From positions 48,422,001 to 48,486,000 of the forward strand of contig NC_135657.1 in assembly GCF_964188315.1 (NCBI RefSeq): a DNA stretch of 64,000 bases. Direction: 5' to 3'. Below are positions 12,583 to 22,977 of the stretch, piece after piece; the first letter of the stretch is position 1; every line of letters begins with the position of its first letter. A model generated the notes under the pieces. The model ran no database searches and was not told the DNA's origin. It was given only the letters and a program-made list of their open reading frames with translations. Both the position numbers and the translations under genes were made by a program. This stretch comes from Podarcis muralis (taxonomy: Eukaryota).

Positions 12583-14046
12583 ATTGCAGCGATACGTAAA
12601 GTTCGGTTTCTTCAAGAACCTAAAGAAACGAAACACATAAACAGTAAGACAAATCATTCTGGGGACAATTTCAATAAGGAAGGCTACCGTAAGAAGGGTG
12701 CAAGAAACGCCACACAAATCCACAGAACTGTAAAAGAGATCCATCGGCAAAAGGGTTGCTCTTCCACGGCACACAGTGGATGCAACACATCTGAATCCCT
12801 TAGACAAGGGACTGAAACAAACTTTCATCGATAACAGTTGGGGTCCAAAGAACCATCCAACTTTTCCCACATATCCAAAGAAGGTTAAGACTTGTGTTTC
12901 CCAAATGGCCTCCTTAACTTTTGAAAGTGGAAGCTTTTGAAACTGGTCGGACTTTTGAAAGCAATTTGGTGATTTGGCATGGAGGATTCGCATGGCAAAA
13001 GTAGCTCTCTGGATCTTGGCCCATGTCTTTATCGTATCTCTGTCTTTCTCCCCATTGTATCCTTGCCACCAGTTGAAGGTAGAAAACCATTCTTTTGATT
13101 TACTTGATTTGGCCGGGGGGGGGGGGTAGCTGCCCATGGCCTTTTTGGGTTGTACCCCATGATGGCATTAAGCAAGCAGTGCTTCCACTCACAAAAAACC
13201 GGACAACTGATTTTCACTGACACTTCCTACACACTGCGCCTTTTAAATAGTCAGATAGATGTTTAAATAAATTAAATTGCATGATTAAATTCATGGACTC
13301 ACAATGAGATGATATAAGTACAGTAATTGTAGAAATACTAGAGGTACAGTCTCCTATCATTCAGTTAATGCAAGGAAAGAACTGTTTCCAAAATGCATAT
13401 GGGAAATCAGAAAAGTGAAATTTGAACTAGCCATGATATAAAAAGAACCTCCCTTAAAAAATGAACTTTTATCTGCAATCCTACCCACACTTACTAAGGA
13501 ATAAGCCTAATTGAGCTCAATGAGACTTACCTCTGAGATGTGCTTTTTTTCTAAAAAAATGTTTAGGGGTACTCTCATTTTCCTACTCATATTGAAATAC
13601 TGCCCCTCAATGAGGCCAAACTTAGATTCACAAATGTTTAGGGGTATGTGTACCCCTGCGTCCCCCCAGAAAGAAAGCACTGCCTCTGAGTAGTATGCTC
13701 AGGATTACACAGTTAATAATGCAAGACTTTAGTTTCCTTTTTTACATTACTGAAAAGAAATTTCCCTTATTTCTAACACAAACAGTGAAGAAATACACGG
13801 CAAGTTTTAATTAGGCTGGTGTCTATCTTTCACACGACTGATTTCTCACATTTTCAATTACAAAGCACCTACGAAGTGTTATATTCAGTACATGCTACTA
13901 AAATAAGGTGATTGCGGATTGCTAATTTTCAATTTTAAAAGCTGACAGTGGGTTTACTTTCTAACTTCATGGTTCAAAAATCCCAGCCCTTCATGTGCAA
14001 TTTACAAGTTCCTTTTCATTGTAACACCAGAATATATTACTAAAAC

Positions 14047-14126
14047 AGTGCAATGTCTACTCAGAATTAAGTCCCACTGAGTTCAATGGGACTTTCTTCC
14101 AGGCAAGAAGGTATAGGATTGCAGCC
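14047..14126. mobile_element. Representative ~90-bp palindromic MITE (Harbinger-like); about a dozen copies in the window
   Basis: Hairpin core GTCCCAYTGA-GT-TCAATGGGAC and GGATTGCAGC end; similar copies near 6260, 13470, 13610, 17250-17420, 37000, 38606, 41870, 42673, 43540, 43890, 52300. Confidence 0.6.
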
Positions 14127-14800
14127 CAACACAATCTAAAACTAACATGAAATTACTTTAGAGATGCTACTGAATGCCCTTCCTCGGGTGCACAGATTTA
14201 TCTAACAGACGCTGTAGCTTCTTTGATTTGCTGTAACAGGCTTAACTGAGGCCTGAAACCTTGTGCATAAAAGGGATTGGAAATTAAAAATGGGCATAAT
14301 TAAACTCTTCACAGAGCCGTGTCCAATGTTTCAGCTCATCATCACTAAAATGTCTCAAATACCTACAGAAACTACTATCAATATAACTCCCAGTGACCTG
14401 AAATGGTGAGGGTGTGACTGTCCTCCTCACCTGTCTCCCTTCCCTCAACCCAAATTTTCTCACACCCTCTCCTTTTTGGAGGATCCCAGGTAGGAAAAAA
14501 AATGCACATTGAGGGAGAAGGCAGTGAGAATGTCCTATGGAGGATGGAGAATTAATGGAGGCAACAGGAAGCTTACTATCCACACCAGTGCCGGATTTAC
14601 ATATAAGCTAAACAAGCTATAACTTAGGGCCCCCTCTCTTGGGGGCCCCCCAAAAAAATTAATGGAAAAAAAACCCTGGATGTAAATTTCCATAATATAA
14701 GATAAAACACAAATAAAATAAAACCTACATACAGCAACAGTGTTTTGGGTTGTGTAGGCTCCTATGTAGTAGGCCCTGCCTGCTAGCCCGCTCCCTAAAA

Positions 14801-15136
14801 TAAGGTTACCAGACATCCCCATTTCCCGGGGACAGTCCCAAGATTTACAAATCAGTCCCCTGACAAAATTCATCTACAGTGGTACCTCCAGTTGCGGGCA
14901 CAATCTGTTCCGGGGTGCCGTTCGCACCCCAAAAAGTCCGCAACTGGAGTGGCGCTTCTGAGGAAGTGCAGAGTGCGATAGAGTGCTTCTGTGCATGTGC
15001 GAAGCGCGCAGAACGCTTCTGCACACACACGTGGTGAAGCCGCATTCGCAAGCCAAAAAGACACGAGGTATGACTGTATTTAGTAGGAAGTTGAAAAGGG
15101 TCCCTGGATTCATTGGGGAAAAAATTGGTACCCTTA
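14801..15136. mobile_element. hAT MITE (TAGGGTTACCA type) nested in 14586-15354
   Basis: Ends TAAGGTTACCA / TGGTACCCTTA; perfect 8-bp TSD CCCTAAAA on both sides. Confidence 0.85.
14877..15076. mobile_element. Tc1/mariner MITE nested in 14801-15136
   Basis: CAGTGGTACCTC / GAGGTATGACTG ends with TA duplications. Confidence 0.82.
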
Positions 15137-15499
15137 CCCTAAAATATCACTGGTTTGCTCATTTCTATACTGTATATAGGGTGCCTACATTCTGCATGTG
15201 CAAATGGCTTTAGATACCTTTTAGGTCCATAAATTACCATATATTCAACACAAAAAACAGCCGCAATTTGTTGTTGACAAAGGACAGCTGGACATATAAA
15301 GGGCCCAGTTACCTTCAGTAGCTTAGGGCCCCATCAACCCTAAATCCGGCCCTGATCCACATTAAGCAGTTATGGATGAGCTCCTGATGCTGCTACCTGT
15401 GAAAGCAGCCTATATTATGACAAAGTGGCAGATAAGAAGGACTGGCACTGCCAAAGACCCCACTATGAATATCCAGTCCCCTAAATGGAGGTGGCACAA

Positions 15500-15950
15500 C
15501 CTCTCAACAGAATTCCTTGTCCGAGAGGCTCACCAGGCCACCTGACTGTGCCCTTTTCTGGGCGCATACAGGCAACCACCTGCGTTGTGCCTTAAGGAGA
15601 GAAGCCACCCGCCCTCGCCCTCGCGCTGACAACGCCACTAACCCGCCTCCACGGCCGCCTCGGCTTCCTTTCGTACACCGACGCCAAGGGGCTACGGGCT
15701 GCACGCGCCTCTCACGAAACTTCCGGTTCCCGGTGGCCTTTCTCAGAAGCCATATGCGGGGAGGAAAGACGCACAAGGGGTGAGGCTCTCGGTGCTTTAA
15801 AATAACTGGACCCTTTACGAGATGGGAGGTATGATATACGCTGTGAAATAAAAGGGCGCTGGCGTTTTATTTCAGCCTCGGCGTGAGCGTTCCCCTCATC
15901 TACGCCTCACAGAAATCCCGGCGAGAGAAGTAAATTGTGAGAAAGGTTTT
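15500..15950 (-). promoter_or_regulatory. FAM120B: CpG island, probable FAM120B promoter and non-coding first exon (about 15534-15720)
   Basis: CpG-dense; tandem ETS-like CTTCCGGTTCCCGG near 15720; minus-strand donor CTG|GTGAGC at 15533. Exon limits are inferred. Confidence 0.6.
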
Positions 15951-16458
15951 GCCCGCAGGATTTCAAAGTAATGTAACCTATACGCTCCCCTTTGGTTCCA
16001 GTGCAGGTCATACGTCGCCCCCAAAACAGAGAAACCAACAACAAGCGATCCAGGGTTAAAATTATATGGGGTGGGACAGGAACCCCATGCTGGCATTCAG
16101 AAATGCGGGACAGCCAGGCATTCAACAGGTACACGCCCCCTCTGCCCCCAGCCATGCAAATTTAGGGGTGGGGTAGTATTTCTGCATCTTGTGCAGCCTT
16201 GGGAAGGAACACTTTGGACTATTGCATGGGTAGACAAACTAAGGCCCAATCGCATTCTCAATCCGCCCGCGAACAGTCTGGGAATCAGCATGTTTTTACA
16301 TGAGTAGAAAGTGTGCTTTTATTTAAAATGCATCTCTGGGTTATTTGTGGGGCATAGGAATTTGTTCATTATAATTTTGTTCAAAATATAGTCCGGCCCC
16401 CCACAAGGTCTGCGGAACAGCGGACTGGCCCCCTGCTGAAAAAGTTTGCTGACCCCTG

Positions 16459-17101
16459 GACTATTGCAATGCCCTCTATGTGGGGCCACATTTGAAGGTG
16501 ACTCAGAAACTACAACTAATCCAGAATGCGGCAGGCTGGGAGCGGACGCCGGGACCATATAACAACAGTCCTAAAGGATCTACACTGGCTCCCAGTACGT
16601 TTCCAAGCACAAGTCACAGTGTGGGTGCTGACCTGTAACGCCCTAAGTAGCTATGGTCCAACAAAACTGTTGAGCTTTTTTTGGGAACAAACCCAAATTG
16701 TTGAGCTTCTTGGGGAAAACCTCCACTGCTTTGCCATACACCTGGGTTTTTCCTGGCATTTTGCCCCCGACGCCCTTTTTACACCCGAAAACCAGGACGT
16801 GTCAGGAATTTTCCCGATGTGTGGCAAACCTAAGCAGACACTGAGGTCCAGCGCTGTGGGCCTTCTGGCAGATCCCTCACTGCAAGATGTGAGCTTACAG
16901 GGAACCAGGCAGAGGGCCATCTTGGTAGTGGCGCCCACCCATCAGACGTCAAGGAAATAAGCAACTATCTGACTTTTAGAAGACATCTGAAGGCAGCCCT
17001 GTCTAGGGAAGTTTTTAAATGTTTGATGTTTTATCGTGTTTTTAATATTCTGTTGAGATCTGCCCAGAGTGGCTGGGGACATCCTAGTCAGATGGGCAGC
17101 A

Positions 17102-17135
<34 letters not shown>
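16459..17135 (+). mobile_element. L2 LINE 3' fragment interrupted by a truncated hAT-type MITE (about 16653-16831)
   Basis: HITTVLKDLHWLPVRF... and RQRAILVVAP motifs, (ATT)n tail; the insert ends in tggcaaaccta and replaces about 50 bp of L2. Confidence 0.8.
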
Positions 17136-18389
17136 GCAAATCTTTCCCTGGTTCAAGCCCAACTCTGGATCTGTAATGCCAACACATTAGGCCAACACAT
17201 TTCTGGCGATCCCTTGAACCCGCTGACAGGGCACAGCATCAAACACCCCACTTGTGTATTCCAAAGTAAGCACCACAGGGCTTGACAGGGCTGGGTTTAC
17301 TCCCAGGTAAGCGTGCGGAGGATTACAGCCACGCAGCCCGATCCTATGCAAATATTTACATGCAAGGAACATCCGCCAAGTTCAATGGAGCTTGTTCCCT
17401 AGAAAAGCATGTTTAACAGTCCATGTGAGCTGATTTGGTGTAGCGGTTAGACTGTTAATTAGGCATAGGACCTGGGAAAGCAGCATTCAGATCCCACCTC
17501 AGTCATGAAGCATAGCAAGTGACTTTGGACCAGCCACTGCCTCTCAACCTAAACTACCTTGCAAGGATGCTGTGCGGATGAAATTGGGGCGGGGGGAGAA
17601 AGAAGAAGCATGCATGACTCCCTATAGAGAATATAAGTATCACCATATATAAATAGATGGATACTCAGAAGGCTGCTGTGAGCAGACACAGGGCTGCAGC
17701 CTTCCGCAGCAAAGTGAGGCCCGCTACGGTGGATGGGGCTTACTCCCTAAGCAATTGCAACAACAGGAACTGGCACTTCTGCCACTGTTTAAGACCATCT
17801 CTGCAGGGTTAGACCAAAGGCTCCTCTGTTCTCACAGGGCTCAATAAGATGCCCACAGGAAGACCCCAAAGAGGACCTGAGTGCGGCAAGGAGCTTCCCT
17901 CCCCACTTGGGAGTCTCATCAACCAGCATTTAGAGGCATACAGCCTCCTCCGACAGTGAGCATGGAAAATAACCGCCGTGGCTCATGGCCACTGATTTGA
18001 CCAGCATTCATAGAATCATAGAAATGTATAGTTGGAAGGGACCCTGTGGGTCATCTAGTCCAACCCCTTGCAATGGAGGAATCCTGCCCAGCGCTATTCC
18101 AGAAGCTGAGAAGAGGAAGGAGCCCAAATCACGATTTATGCTTCAATTCTCGTTGATAAAACAACTCTTAATTTCTCTGCTGCCTCCCTGTCCAGCTTCC
18201 TCCTCTCACCACTAGGCCGGCTGCCTTTTTTCCTACCTAAAACACCTCCAGTTCTATTCTGACAGGCAGCGAGGGAAGCAATTTCACCAAGGGAAATACA
18301 GAATCTCGTCCCCCCCCCCCTTCCTTCCCGAGTAGAGTATAATTCTGCCAAAGCACTGGAACGGAAAAGCACCTCTCTCTCTCTCTGCC

Positions 18390-18720
18390 CCAAAGTTTGA
18401 CTACAATCCCCATTTACTTCCTTTGCTCGGAATTCGACGGCGTCTACTGGCAGCCCGAAGTGAGCGCTGCGTGGAGCGCTTTCATTAATGAGCTATCTCT
18501 TTGCGAAAACGCCGGCGCCGCTTGGGAAAAGCGTGGGGAGAGAGAGCGCCGCGTACACCATCCCGCTCGCGATTTCTGCCGCGTCCTTTTTTTCTTATCT
18601 CTATGGTTCTTCCCGGACCGAAAAAGTGCGGGAGTCGACCACGTGACCTCCCGCGGCCGGGGTCTCTTCCTCGAAGTCGGCGCCGCCCTCGCCGTGGAAT
18701 AGAGGCGGAGCCTAGAAACG
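18390..18720. promoter_or_regulatory. Second promoter-like CpG island between FAM120B and DLL1
   Basis: CpG-dense; CCACGTGAC (E-box 18640-18645), GC box AGGCGGAGCC 18703-18712, GACTACAATCCC 18399-18410. Confidence 0.55.
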
Positions 18721-20852
18721 TAGAATGAATGGCAGAGCTGGAAGGGAAGGGTCCCTAGGGGTCATCTAGTCCAACCTCCTGCAATGCAGGAATCTCAGCT
18801 AGATCATAGGATCGTAGATGCAGACGAGGAGGAGAACGGCAAAGAGAACTTGCGCAGGACAGGCTGGTAATACACACAACTTGCGCAACTTTGAAGCCTC
18901 CTCCTTTTGCAGTGCCGCTTATTTATCATTTGCTGCCTCAGTAAGAGCACAAGGCCATCTCACGCGAGGCTTTCCGCGTACGTATTGTTTCTCGTTTATT
19001 TCATGCAATTGACACTGAGGGGTCCTTGCATATGCTCTCCTACAACTTATACCGCCCCATAAATCTTTTTCATCTTCTATATGTTTCATACGCCTCTTAA
19101 TTTATCCCTGCGAGTTTTCTCTCCAGTTGAAATGAAAGAGAAATCTTCATATTTTTCCATCCTTGATTAATCCTTGATTAAAAGCAGTATTGTCTACTGT
19201 TGTCATTCCTTAATACCAAGTGTGCCCTATATTATTGCAAATAATCACGCTTCATGCTAATTTGCTTCTTTTTCTGCCCAAAGGCAAACTTTTTAATGTC
19301 TTCTTTCTGTCTGCTAATTGCTAAGGCAGGGGACGTGGGGCAATACTATTAAAACTATAGGTGTCTCCTTAAATGTTCAATGAAATTGTTTTTAAAGATT
19401 TGTTTAAATGTCCCTCCTCTTTTCATCATCATCATCAACAACAATACTGCCCTATTTTTGCTTCTGCGGCTTCTTTTTTTATTGGGAATCTTTTCTCTGT
19501 GTCTCTTTCTTGGAGTTGGGCTTTAAAAAGATGGTTTCCTAGCAGCAGAATGCAGAAGGCCCATTCATATTACAATGGGCAGAGAGGAAAGAAAGAGGCT
19601 GGTTTGTTTAAACTGCTTCTGTCTTCATTCACAGCCTGATATCCATGGGCATTGTGCTGGCTACAATAGAACTAAAGGACGTATTGTGGCCGAAAACAAA
19701 TCAAAACAGAAGAAGCAATGATCAGAGAAAAGAGTCATGCAACAAAATTGTCCCCAAAATCGAAGTCTTACATCTGAGATTTATGTTACCTTTTTGCTGC
19801 TTGGCCTATTGACCAGTGTTTCGAATAACCACTAGAGTTTAATAAACAAAGCCTCACATGGGAACTTTCATGATCATTTGCAAAAGGCAGAAAAGATGCA
19901 GCCAGGGTAGTGGGGTTTTTTTTGTTCCTTTACCATTGTCCTCCTGGCCTTGCAAGTGTTTTGCAAGGAAGAAGGGCACCGGTGGCTTTTCTTTAGCAAC
20001 GAGCCACATATGCTAAGTTTACCAAAAGAAATTAGCTGGTTTGGGGCCTAAAATATGCCCTCTTTCTCTCTCACGGACACATATATATGCACCATAAGTC
20101 TGGATGATGAGCTCCTCTCTGAAGTTCTCTGGCGATCACATGACCTACTTCAATCCGATAGGCAACAGGTGGAAGCTTGAATAACTTCACATATTTTTTC
20201 CGGGGGTGGGGGGTGGGGGGGAGGGAAGGGGGCTCGATGGGGAGCCAATTGGAGGATTAGATCAGATGTTATTACCAGTGGAAAAAATTAAACAGAGCAG
20301 TGCTCTGGGGAACACAGATTAATATATTTAGTGACTTTGCGTACACAAAGGCTTACCATTGTAACCACGTCTGAATGCCTGTGAATAGGATGGAACATAT
20401 GCAGCCTGCCACCGCAGGTGCCCACATCTGTTATTCCCCAGGCAGATGCTCGCAGGGGGAAAAGGGGGAGCCCGGTTCAAAAGTAGGAGATCTGCCTCAT
20501 CCCCAAACTCTTCTTTCACAACCACTTTCTGGAAAATACTTGCTTTAAGTAAAATGCGTGGGGGGTGGGGAGAGATAAGAAGGAAGTGCTTAATAGGAAA
20601 TAATATATTTGAAACAGAATAGAGCTGTAAAAGAGACACGGCAGATAATAAGCAGCAAATACGTGGCTTTTTCTAATGCTGCAATGCTGCATTCACTTAT
20701 TTTGCAAACAGTTCCACTGGGCTCTGCGGGACTTGCTTTCAAGCAAATCTATTTAGGATTGAGGTGTTCTGAACTGCCGATTAAATCCAAGGCCTTAAAA
20801 GAGCTGATACGAAATTTGAATGGTGGTTAACCATAGTAATACAGTAAATATA

Positions 20853-21023
20853 CCATATTTTTCCATGTATAAGACATAGGGGTTTTTTTTACTAAAAAAT
20901 TAGGTTGAAAATTGGGGCTCGTCTTATACACGGGTAGTGCTGAAGGGTGTTTTCTTAATTTGGAGTCCCCCAAAATAGGGGGTGTCTTATACATGGGGGC
21001 GTCTTATACACTGAAAAATACAG
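20853..21023. mobile_element. Tigger/pogo-type MITE
   Basis: TA-ccatattttt...tataagac / gtcttata...aaaaatacag-TA. Confidence 0.75.
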
Positions 21024-22726
21024 TACTTTGGAATGCAATTAATAATTGGCGTTTCAAGGCAGATGTCTAGCTGGAAATGAGACGGAGACATTTTATTACT
21101 TAAGAAAATATTCCTAGACATTTTACTTACTAAAAGATTTATGTACTGCTTTTGACATATGTACCAAAGTAGTGTACATAAACTACACTGAAGTGTTTTT
21201 TGTCAGCAGCAAATATTAATATTAAATCTTTATATGGCAAAAAGAGCATGTAACCTCTGTCTCATTCATTCTTACTGGGGTGTCTGGGGTGTATTACTTT
21301 ATGGTGTCAGGATTCAAGCCCCAACCTGCAACCTCTTACACAGATACAGGGGTAATAGCGGCAGTTACTTTTGAAAGAGAGGAACTCTGCACATGCTTGG
21401 AGGAATATTGCAGTGTTCTACCAACAACAGGTCCCAGGGCCAAATTAAGGGACTTGTGCCCACATTATTTTAAAGTAAGCGTCACTGAATTCAAGTGAGT
21501 TTCACTTCCAGGTAATCAAGGATACGAGCCAACTGCATTGTTTGTTTAGTTATTTATTTGAAATATTTAAACTTACCGAGTGACTGACGTTCTCAAGGCT
21601 GTTTACAATGCATTCAAGATACAACGAAGCAGGCAGCCAGCATATTAAGAGTCCTGGGCACTGGACTGGCTCGTGCCTTGTTTGCTTCCAGGGAAAAGGC
21701 ACATGTTGGGCAAAAAAATTGCTGCTTAATAGCCTGGTTCTTTCCTTGAAAGTCCTGTTGGACAAACGGCCACTTCTGAGTCAACATGCATAGAGGATCT
21801 GGCTGAAGCACATAGTTGAAATGATGGAATTGGCTACGGCAAGTTGTAGTAATGACCTGCGGGGAAAGCACTGTTCCACTCCTATCCCCCCTCTCCCCCC
21901 CAGGCCTTGGGCTGGCCACTATGAGAACAGAGTGCTGGACCCTTGAACTGCTCCAGCAGGGCTTTTTTGATGTTCTTCTGTTCCACTAGATATAATGGGA
22001 CTTGCTTCTAAGCCAGTGGTTAAGATAACATTCTTCCTTGCAGAGCATCAATTGCATCCCCCACCCCACTGTTCTGAGCCACGAAGGCCACTGCAAAGAA
22101 ACCATCTCTGTCCACCCATTAAAAGTTCTAAGCACGCAGCAGGCACTGTGTTCTCCGTCCAGCCACCATGTACTGCTTTTCTGCATGGGTGTAAGGATCA
22201 GGCCCAACCTCACCGTCACCACTTAACACAGCCCATGACATCACTCCATTCTCTCTAGGCAATGAATGGCTGGTCCTTTTGTTGTCCTAATCCTGTTCTC
22301 TTTGCCTTATGCAAAACTGGTTAGTTTTGTTTTGCATCCAGGGTGGAAAAGGGCAGTTCCAATATTGCCTTGCTCTACAGCCACAATAGCCAGCTTCACA
22401 CCGTTTAAATGTGGCACCAAAGAGGAACGTTTAGTGGGAAACAGAAATACGTCATGACAGCAAAAGGATTTAAGTGTTTGGAAACTTGTGCAGATCCGTT
22501 TCAGAGTAAACGAGACTAAAATTATTTGTTTCTGTTGGAGGGAGTTTTGCAAAATGGTTTTTAAACTTTTACTTAGACCTGACGTCCTGATCCTAAGCAT
22601 CTTGGAAGAGAATTGATCCTTGTTTCAACCACTTACTTTTGGGATAGGGCCTTGTTGTGGGTACATTTTTACGTGCCCATACTTAGAATATAATTTGTAA
22701 TGCATATTCAATAAGGTGTCTTGAAT

Positions 22727-22977
22727 GAGCCAGTGTGGTGTAGTGGTTAAGAGCGGTAGTCACGTAATCTGGGGAACCGGGTTCGCGTCTCCGCTCCTCC
22801 ACATGCAGCTGCTGGGTGACCTTGGGCCAGTCACACTTCTCTGAAGTCTCTCAGCCCCACTCACCTCACAGAGTGTTTGTTCTGCGGGATGAAGGGAAAG
22901 GAGAATGTTAGCCGCTTTGAGACTCCTGAAGGGGAGTGAAAGGCGGGATATCAAATCCAAACTCTTCTTCTTCTTCT
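22727..22977 (+). mobile_element. Full-length tRNA-derived lacertid SINE (Podarcis-type)
   Basis: A box TGGTGTAGTGG, B box GGGTTCGCGTC, body gggtgaccttgggccagtcac, (CTT)n tail. Family assignment from memory. Confidence 0.8.

Larger units (their letters stand above)
14586..15354. mobile_element. Non-autonomous hAT element (outer layer of a nested stack)
   Basis: TIRs CAGTGCCGGATTTA / TAAATCCGGCCCTG; 8-bp TSD ATCCACAC / ATCCACAT. Confidence 0.85.

Noticed and set aside
12133-12834. 233-aa plus-strand ORF
   Set aside because: Mostly the antisense shadow of the FAM120B coding exon; no recognisable motifs.
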